Of a stretch of DNA of 16,902 nt, positions 9,093-15,601 are shown piece by piece. Under the pieces are notes generated by a model, which saw only the letters and a program-made list of their open reading frames with translations, did not search any database and had not been told where the DNA came from. The position numbers were made by a program, and so were the translations under genes. Source of the DNA: Octopus sinensis (lineage: Eukaryota); NCBI RefSeq assembly GCF_006345805.1, contig NW_021824967.1, positions 1 through 16,902 of the forward strand, written 5' to 3'. Each line of letters begins with the position of its first letter. Within the stretch, counting starts at the first letter, position 1.

Positions 9093-9401
9093 GGAGGCAC
9101 AATAGCCCAGTGGTTAGGGCAGCGGACTCGCGGTCGTAGGATCGCGGTTTCGATTCCCAGACGGGGCATTGTGAGTGTTTATTGAGGTAAAAACACCTAA
9201 AGCTCCACGAGGCTCCGGCAGGGGATGGTGGCGATCCCTGCTGTACTCTTTCGCCGCAACTTTCTCTCACTCTTTCTTCTGTTGGCCTGCTCGCTTAGCC
9301 AGTGGGGTGGCGTCATTTGAAGGCTAAAACAATGCGAAGCGCATTGTGACCAGCGATGTGTAGCAACATCAGATAGCCTGGTCGGTCACGGTCACGGTGA
9401 T
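9093..9401 (+). mobile_element. tRNA(Arg)-like SINE (probably octopus OR-type)
   Basis: A-box TAGCCCAGTGG (9103-9113), B-box-like gtttcgattcc (~9147-9157), tRNA-like anticodon arm, (ggtcac)n tail, and (TA)n on both sides. The family name is from memory. Confidence 0.7.
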
Positions 9402-9653
9402 ATATATATATATATCATCTATCCATCCATCATTTTGAGTCCCTGTTAACGAGGATATCCAGATATACCTCAATACCATAGCAACCATCCTCACACCATC
9501 TCACCTGGTTTTGGGCCTCGTCCCTTCTCAAGCCAACCCTCCTAATCTCCTCCACATTTTCCTCAATCTACCCCCCACCGGTGTAGTAGGGAGACGTGGT
9601 TGTTACACTGGGTCTCATGCAAACACACATACATAGATGTAAGGGTCACTCAC

Positions 9654-9775
9654 CTGTGAGATCCAGCTGGGACACCTTAGAAATATCTATTCCAGGGCCC
9701 CAGTCACTGGAACGTGCTGTCATAATGAACTTGTGGGCTTTGATCTCGCCACCTTGGAGTAGGATGGTGATATCA
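9654..9775 (-). CDS. ANKFY1: ANKFY1 coding exon 3 (BTB domain)
   Basis: atgcag|T GAT ATC ... CTC ACA G|gtgagt, 122 nt. Encodes (S)DITILLQGGEIKAHKFIMTARSSDWGPGIDISKVSQLDLT(D), with the BTB signature SD...AHKF..AR. Not in the ORF track; read by hand. Confidence 0.95.
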
Positions 9776-9819
9776 CTGCATAAGAAAGTAACGGAGAGAG
9801 AAATAAGACAAAATGGTAA

Positions 9820-10460
9820 TCATCAGTCATCGCCAACTATTAGTCATTGTCAGTCAACACCATCTGTCATCGGTCATTGTCTTTTACCAGTCATCAGCTA
9901 TCATCAGTCACCATCTGCCATAAGTCGTCATCAGTCATCTGTTGCTGACTGTCATCAGTCACCATCTGTCATCAGTCATTGTCTTTTACCAGTCACCATA
10001 TGTCATCAGTCACCATCTGCTATAAGTCATCATCAGTCATCAGTTGCTGACTGTCATCGGCCATTGTCTTTTACCAGTCACCATATGTCATCAGTCACCA
10101 TCTGCTATAAGTCATCATCAGTCATCAGTTGCTGACTGTCATCAGTCACTGTCTGTCATCAGCCATTGTCTTTTACCAGTCACCATCTGCTATAAGTCAT
10201 TTTCAGTCATCAGTTGCTGACTGTCATCAGTCACTGTCTGTCATTGGCCATTGTCTTTTACCAGTCACTATCTGTCATCAGTCACCATCTGCCATAAGTC
10301 GTCGTCAGTCATCAGTCACCGTCTGCTATAAGTCGTCATCAGTCATCAGTTGCTGACTGTCATCAGTCACCGTCTGTCATCGGCCATTGTCTTTTACCAG
10401 TCACCATCTGCCATAAGTCGTCGTCAGTCATCAGTCACCGTCTGTCGTCATCACTCATCA
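9820..10460. repeat. 17-bp minisatellite (ccatctgtcatcagtca) with 187-bp higher-order structure
   Basis: The marker cattgtctttt occurs at 9875, 9977, 10062, 10164, 10249 and 10385. Spacings of 102, 85, 102, 85 and 136 are all multiples of 17. Confidence 0.9.
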
Positions 10461-10819
10461 GTTTTCACCAGTCAAATACCTCCATCACCATCAGTTACTG
10501 CCATTATCATTATTAACCATCATCATTTGTCATCAGCATGGAAAAGGGATTTTAAATGACGAGTCCAACCCATACCAGCATGAAAAACAGACATTAAGTC
10601 ACAATCATAATGATGATCACTCACCATCATCAATCACCAGTCATCATCAATTATCAGTCACCACCATCAGTTACCATCATCATCAATTAGCAATCTCTAT
10701 CAGTCATCATCAGCAGCAGCAGCTACCATTCATCAATCATCACCACCACTTCGACCCCAGGGTGGGGCTCAAGTAGAATCCACTCGCATGCGTTACTGGA
10801 CCAGAGCCGACCTTCAAAA

Positions 10820-10956
10820 CAACAACCACTACGACTACAACTAGCCCTGCCACTACTACCTCCACCACCACCACTACTTCCACATCAACAAGTACTACTA
10901 CCACCACTACTTCAACATCTACTACTACTACCACCACTACTTCAACATCTACTACC

Positions 10957-10994
<38 letters not shown>

Positions 10995-11575
10995 CACCAC
11001 TACTTCAACATCTACTACTACTACCACCACTACTCCAACATCTACTACTACTACCACCACTACTTCAACATCTACTACTACTACTACCACTACTCCAACA
11101 TCTACTACTACTACCACCACTACTTCAACACCTACTACTACTACTACTACAACCACTACTTCAGTATCTACTACGACCACTACTTCAACATCTACTTCTA
11201 CTACTATGACCACTACTTCAACACCTACTACGACCACTACTTCAACACCTACTACTACTACTACCACCACTACTGCTACCACAACTTCTACTAATACTAC
11301 CATAACTACCAGACACAAAAAGTACTACCACAACTACTATTACCAGAACTACCAGACACAAAAACTACTACCAGAACTACAGACACAAATACCACTACTA
11401 CAACTACTACCAGAACTACCAGACACAAAAACTACCACCACAACTACTACTACTACTACCACAACTACCAGACACAAAAACTACCACCACAACTACTACT
11501 ACTACTACTAGAACTACCACTGACACAAAAACCACTACCACAACTACCACCACCACCACCACCACCACCACATTT
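10820..11575. repeat. (ACT/ACC/ACA)n low-complexity trinucleotide array with 30-33-bp sub-units
   Basis: accactacttcaacatctactactact repeats, followed by cagacacaaaaa-containing units. Confidence 0.95.
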
Positions 11576-11588
11576 ACTAATCACTCAC

Positions 11589-11784
11589 CTGTAGGTCTCC
11601 TTGTTGAACAGTTCTCCGACCGTCTTGAGCAATCGAGAGACGAAACTGTCGTCGCTGCCAGCGCTCTGTCCAGTTGTTGCTATAGCGACATGGTATTTCT
11701 TTTCCACCTCGACCAAGCGTTCTTGGAGTTTCACGTATTCCTCGCGAAGTAACCTCAGGTGATTCTGCAATTTGCTCACCTCAC
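11589..11784 (-). CDS. ANKFY1: ANKFY1 coding exon 2 (coiled coil to start of BTB)
   Basis: ttacag|GT GAG ... TAC AG|gtgagt, 196 nt. Encodes (G)EVSKLQNHLRLLREEYVKLQERLVEVEKKYHVAIATTGQSAGSDDSFVSRLLKTVGELFNKETY(S), recognisably similar to the ANKFY1 N-terminus. Confidence 0.95.
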
Positions 11785-11839
11785 CTGTAATCAAGGAAGA
11801 CGAGGAAAAAGAAATGATGTAAAGAAGGTGGAAGTTATC

Positions 11840-12070
11840 ATTTTCATCACTGGCGTCGATTAACATCTGTTTGTCATGCTGGCATGGGTCGGGCCAGTTT
11901 GACAGGGCATGGCAGGAGGGCTGCACCAGGCTCAAATTGTCTGTTTTTGGTATGGTTTCTATGGCTGGATGCCCTTCCTAATGTCAACCACTTCACAGAG
12001 TGTAATGAGGGCTTTTTATGTGGTACCAGCACCAGTGGTTCTTTATGTGGTACCAGCATCAGTGCTTTTT
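11840..12070 (-). mobile_element. Older family C element copy
   Basis: ggctggatgcccttcctaatgtcaaccac and the ttt(t)atgtggtaccagca modules are diverged reverse complements of 8335-8492. Confidence 0.6.
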
Positions 12071-12079
12071 ACACACACA

Positions 12080-12235
12080 CACGATGGGCTTCTTTCAGTT
12101 TCCTTCTACCGAATCCATTCACAAGGTTATGGTCGGCCGAGGCTATAGAAGGCACTTGCCCAAGGTGCCACGCAGTGGGACCCCATCCTGGAGCCTTGTG
12201 AGCAGATTTGGTGGATGGAAACTGAAAGAAGCCCG
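12080..12235. mobile_element. Two opposed SINE family B central fragments
   Basis: Minus fragment ~12081-12181 and plus fragment ~12191-12235 share the gccttgtgag...gaaagaagccc segment. Confidence 0.7.
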
Positions 12236-12260
12236 ATGAATGAATGTATGTATGTATGTA

Positions 12261-12666
12261 GGCGCAGGAGTGGCTGTGTGGTAAATAGCTTGCTAACCAA
12301 CCACATGGTTCCGGGTTCAGTCCCACTGCATGGCATCTTGGGCAAGTGTCTTCTACTATAGCCTCGGGCTGACCAAAGCCTTCTGAGTGGATTTGGTAGA
12401 CGGAAACTGAAAGAAGCCCGTTGTATATATGTATATATATATATATATGTGTGTGTGCGTGTGTTTGTCCCCCTAGCATTGTTTGACAACCGATGCTGGT
12501 GTGTTTACGTCCCCGTCACTTAGCGGTTCGGCAAAAGAGACCGATAGAATAAGTACTGGGCTTACAAAGAATAAGTCCTGGGGTCGATTTGCTCGACTAA
12601 AGGCGGTGCTCCAGCATGGCCGCAGTCAAATGACTGAAACAAGTAAAAGAGTAAAGAGTAAGAGTA
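12261..12666 (+). mobile_element. SINE family B, full-length copy
   Basis: Same head, body and (aagagt)-type tail as 3019-3412. Followed by an older 3' remnant at ~12667-12780. Confidence 0.88.
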
Positions 12667-12882
12667 TATGTTTGTGTGTCTACATTTACGTCCCCGTAAC
12701 TTAGCGGTTCGGCAATAGTAGCCGATAGAATAAGTACTAGGCTTACAAAGAATAGGTCCTGGGGTCGATTTGAAACAAGTAGACTTCGAACTTTCGACCA
12801 GAAAAGTAACTTCGAAGTTACTGTCGATAATACTCTTGACTAAGAATAATGTGTGTGTGTGTGTGTGCCAAATACAAGGATG

Positions 12883-13540
12883 GAATCATTTGCGTTTGAA
12901 CGGCAGTTTTTTCTAGCGGTGTCATATGAAATTGTCACCCATAATTATAACCCTAGTATCGATCTATTGCATTTCAATCTGTTTTAGGGTTAGGGGGAAC
13001 GGTATCTTTTTTTCTTCACAAATGTAAATAAACCCAATCTGTTTCTTAAACGAGGGACATATTCATACGGCACGGAATGTTTTTTACCTCAATAGACGTC
13101 ATTGATTGGTTGAAATTGCAGAAATTGAAGAAAAAAAAACCAACAAATATTTTACAAACTATAGAATTTTCTCAATAAATCCAAGAGAAAAAGATGTTTT
13201 ATAAACACATTCTACCAGTATACGAAGTCTAAAAGTGTTTAGTTAACTAGAAATTATGTTGAAAACTGCCGTTCAAACCGAAAAGATCCCTGTTTCTTAA
13301 ACGAGGGACATATTCATACGGCACAGAATGTTCTTTTACCTCAACAGACGTCACTGATTGGTTGAAATTGCAGAAATTGAAGAAAAAAAATAACAAATAT
13401 CTTACAAACTATAGGATTTTCTCAATAAAGCCAAGAGAAAAGGATGTTTTATAAACACATTCTACCAGTAAAAGAAGTTTAAAAGTGTTTAGTTACGAGG
13501 AAATTATTTAAAAAAACTGCCGGTCAAACGGAAAAGATCC
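12883..13540. mobile_element. Same MITE family, opposite orientation, with a 251-bp internal tandem duplication
   Basis: Reverse-complement match to 4332-4748. 13039-13289 is repeated at 13290-13540, including the TIR. Perfect 8-bp TSD CAAGGATG at 12875-12882 and 13541-13548. Confidence 0.88.
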
Positions 13541-13674
13541 CAAGGATGTACTACTTGACAATATGAAAGTGTTTGTATAACCGATGATCGTTGGATATCA
13601 TCTGATGGCATCAATTCTTCCTGGCCAAAGCTCTATTCACGTTGACGAATAGAAAAGATGCACCTTCTTCCAGG

Positions 13675-14068
13675 TTTTACTCTTTTACTCGTTTCAGTCA
13701 TTTGATTGCGGCCATGCTGGAGCACCGCCTTTAGTCGAGCAACTCGACCCCGGGACTTATTCTTTTGTAAGCCCAGTACTTATTCTATCGGTCTCTTTTG
13801 CCGAATCGCTAAGTGACGGGGACGTAAACACACCAGCATCGGTTGTCAAGCAATGCTAGGGGGACAAACACAGACACACAAACATACACACACACATATA
13901 TATATACATATATACAACGGGCTTCTTTCAGTTTCCATCTACCAAATCCACTCACAAGGCCTTGGTCAGCCAAGGCTATAGCAGAAGACAGCCCAAGGTG
14001 CCACGCAGTGGGACTGAACCCAGAACCATGTGGTTGGTAAACAAGCTACTTACCACACAGCCACTCTT
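13675..14068 (-). mobile_element. SINE family B, near full-length inverted copy
   Basis: Reverse complement of 12261-12666 over about 390 bp. Confidence 0.88.
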
Positions 14069-14326
14069 ATATATATATATATATATTATATATATATATA
14101 TAATTTATATATATATATATAATCGTTGCCTCACGACGAAGCCTCTATGGTGGTCATTCTTTATGCTAGAAATAACCATCTTCAAAACAGGTGTGGTGAA
14201 ATGGGCGCATCAGAGAAATAACCGGAGTAAACACATAAATGTGAAACAAGGTGGAGAAAAAGAGTACTCAAATACCAGAGGTAGAGTAATATGCTTTATT
14301 TAAAAGCAGCAGAAATTTAACAAAAC

Positions 14327-14364
14327 CTGTTACTCGGAGTTTCACGTTCCCGTTCGTCGGACAG
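14327..14364 (-). ncRNA. Minimal type I hammerhead motif with CCGACGA core variant (family 2; sense to ANKFY1 intron 1)
   Basis: ctgt-CCGACGA-acg[ggaa]cgt-GAAA-ctccga-GTA^-acag. 4-bp stem I, 3-bp stem II, near-palindromic stem III ACUC-C-GAGU. U4 is replaced by C. Confidence 0.7.
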
Positions 14365-14403
14365 TTTTGTTAAAATAGAACCGAGATGACAATTCTATCA
14401 AGA

Positions 14404-14441
14404 CCGTCCGACGAACGGGAACGTGAAACTCCGAGTAACAG
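14404..14441 (+). ncRNA. Hammerhead motif, family 2 right arm (stem I weakened)
   Basis: ccgt-CCGACGA-acg[ggaa]cgt-GAAA-ctccga-GTA-acag. One mismatch in stem I relative to the left-arm copy. Confidence 0.55.
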
Positions 14442-14642
14442 CGTTTGTTAAATTACTGCTGCTTTTAAGTATATATATACATATTCATATATGTATTATG
14501 TATGTATATAAGTTATGTCATCCTGACTTCACATATGTTATATATACATTATGCGTGTATATTCTAGATAGACAGATATGCAATTACAAGTTGTCATCGT
14601 GTGTGAATACACACACGTATATATATATATATATATTATATA

Positions 14643-14670
14643 TACGTATGTGAACTCACAATAACAGACA

Positions 14671-14701
<31 letters not shown>

Positions 14702-14760
14702 CATACGTAAGTGAACTCACAATAACAGACAACTATAATATATATATATATATTATATAT
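14643..14760. repeat. 61-bp direct duplication containing (TA)n
   Basis: tacgta.gtgaactcacaataacagacaactataatata at 14643 and 14704. Confidence 0.85.
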
Positions 14761-14885
14761 ACATATGAAAGAAAATAGGTGTTCAGAATGCTGGATGGTT
14801 GTAAATATATATATTTATTTACGTATCACATATCATTTCTTCTTTGTAGTTTCAATATGTATATATACATATATATATACATATA

Positions 14886-14888
14886 TAG

Positions 14889-14977
<89 letters not shown>

Positions 14978-15078
14978 TAGAGAGATAGATAAATACATAG
15001 ACAGATAGAAAGACAGACAGACAGACAGACAGATAGATAGATAGATAGATAGATAGATCGATCGATCGATGGATAGAT
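14886..15078. repeat. (AGAT)n/(AG)n/(AGAC)n compound microsatellite
   Basis: Direct reading. Confidence 0.95.
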
Positions 15079-15501
15079 ACACATTCGTTTGTTGTATTTC
15101 TCTCAACATATTTTCTCATCAACGTTTGAAATTTGAGGAGAGAAAAACAATTATAAAACGCACAAAAATTTCAGAAACAAAGCTCCTATCGTCATCATCA
15201 TACATAGTCAAACGAAAATTACTAATTGAATCAACCGATCAACGAATATTTTAACAATTAATCGCCAATTAACGTTAAATTAATTAAAGAAATATACAAG
15301 CACCTCCGCCCACACCAGCAATTAAAACAACAACAAAAGCGATATTCTGAGCAACTGATCGTAATTATTATAAATTAATCGGCTGAGGGGGTGAACAAGG
15401 GTTCACAGTAGGGGGTCAGGTTGCTATATAAGGGGTCAGATAAGACAGAAGGCCCTAAAAGGGGAGAATTAGGGAGGAGAAGAGGAAATTTGATGGATTA
15501 C

Positions 15502-15511
15502 CTTCCGCCAT
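15502..15511 (-). CDS. ANKFY1: ANKFY1/Rabankyrin-5 coding exon 1 (10-nt start exon, ATG GCG GAA G)
   Basis: Minus strand reads CAAG ATG GCG GAA G|gtaatc. Joining it to exon 2 (GT GAG GTG AGC) gives MAEGEVSKL, matching the vertebrate N-terminus MAEEEVAKL as I recall it. Phase 1 fits exon 2. Confidence 0.78.
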
Positions 15512-15515
15512 CTTG
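15504..15515 (-). promoter_or_regulatory. TISU / YY1-type element at the start codon (CAAGATGGCGGA)
   Basis: 11/12 match to the TISU consensus SAASATGGCGGC, centred on the predicted ATG. Confidence 0.55.
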
Positions 15516-15601
15516 CCATAGAAATTAAGCCTCACTTTTCTCATGTGATTTGATTTGGAGCCGCAGCTTCGTATTTTCGGATTTTAGATCAGTTTGTGAA
15601 A

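Larger units (their letters stand above)
14300..14468. mobile_element. Penelope-like element remnant: second foldback family
   Basis: Inverted arms 14300-14362 and 14406-14468 carry hammerhead motifs, and the spacer has a short atagaa/ttctat stem. The element probably extends left to the (TA)n at ~14120. Confidence 0.62.

Noticed and set aside
9093-9170. Possible tRNA-Arg gene
   Set aside because: A and B boxes are present, but the acceptor stem and anticodon arm are degenerate and it continues into a SINE body and tail.
9820-10460. Many CUGAUGA heptamers on the minus strand as additional hammerhead cores or C/D boxes
   Set aside because: They are not followed by stem II-GAAA-stem III and have no terminal stems. 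They are a by-product of the minisatellite monomer.
9596-10559. Plus-strand His/Gln/Ser/Cys repeat ORFs
   Set aside because: Products of the 17-bp minisatellite. The real coding sequence here is exon 3 on the minus strand.
10777-11511. Long Thr/Ser-rich mucin-like open frame on the plus strand (and the Val-rich ORF 10740-11318 on the minus strand)
   Set aside because: (ACT/ACC/ACA)n has no stop codon in any plus frame, so openness is trivial. There is no signal peptide or convincing splice context, it drifts out of the Thr frame after ~11310, and it lies antisense within ANKFY1 intron 2.
14826-15122. Three overlapping SIYL-repeat ORFs
   Set aside because: Translations of the (AGAT)n microsatellite.
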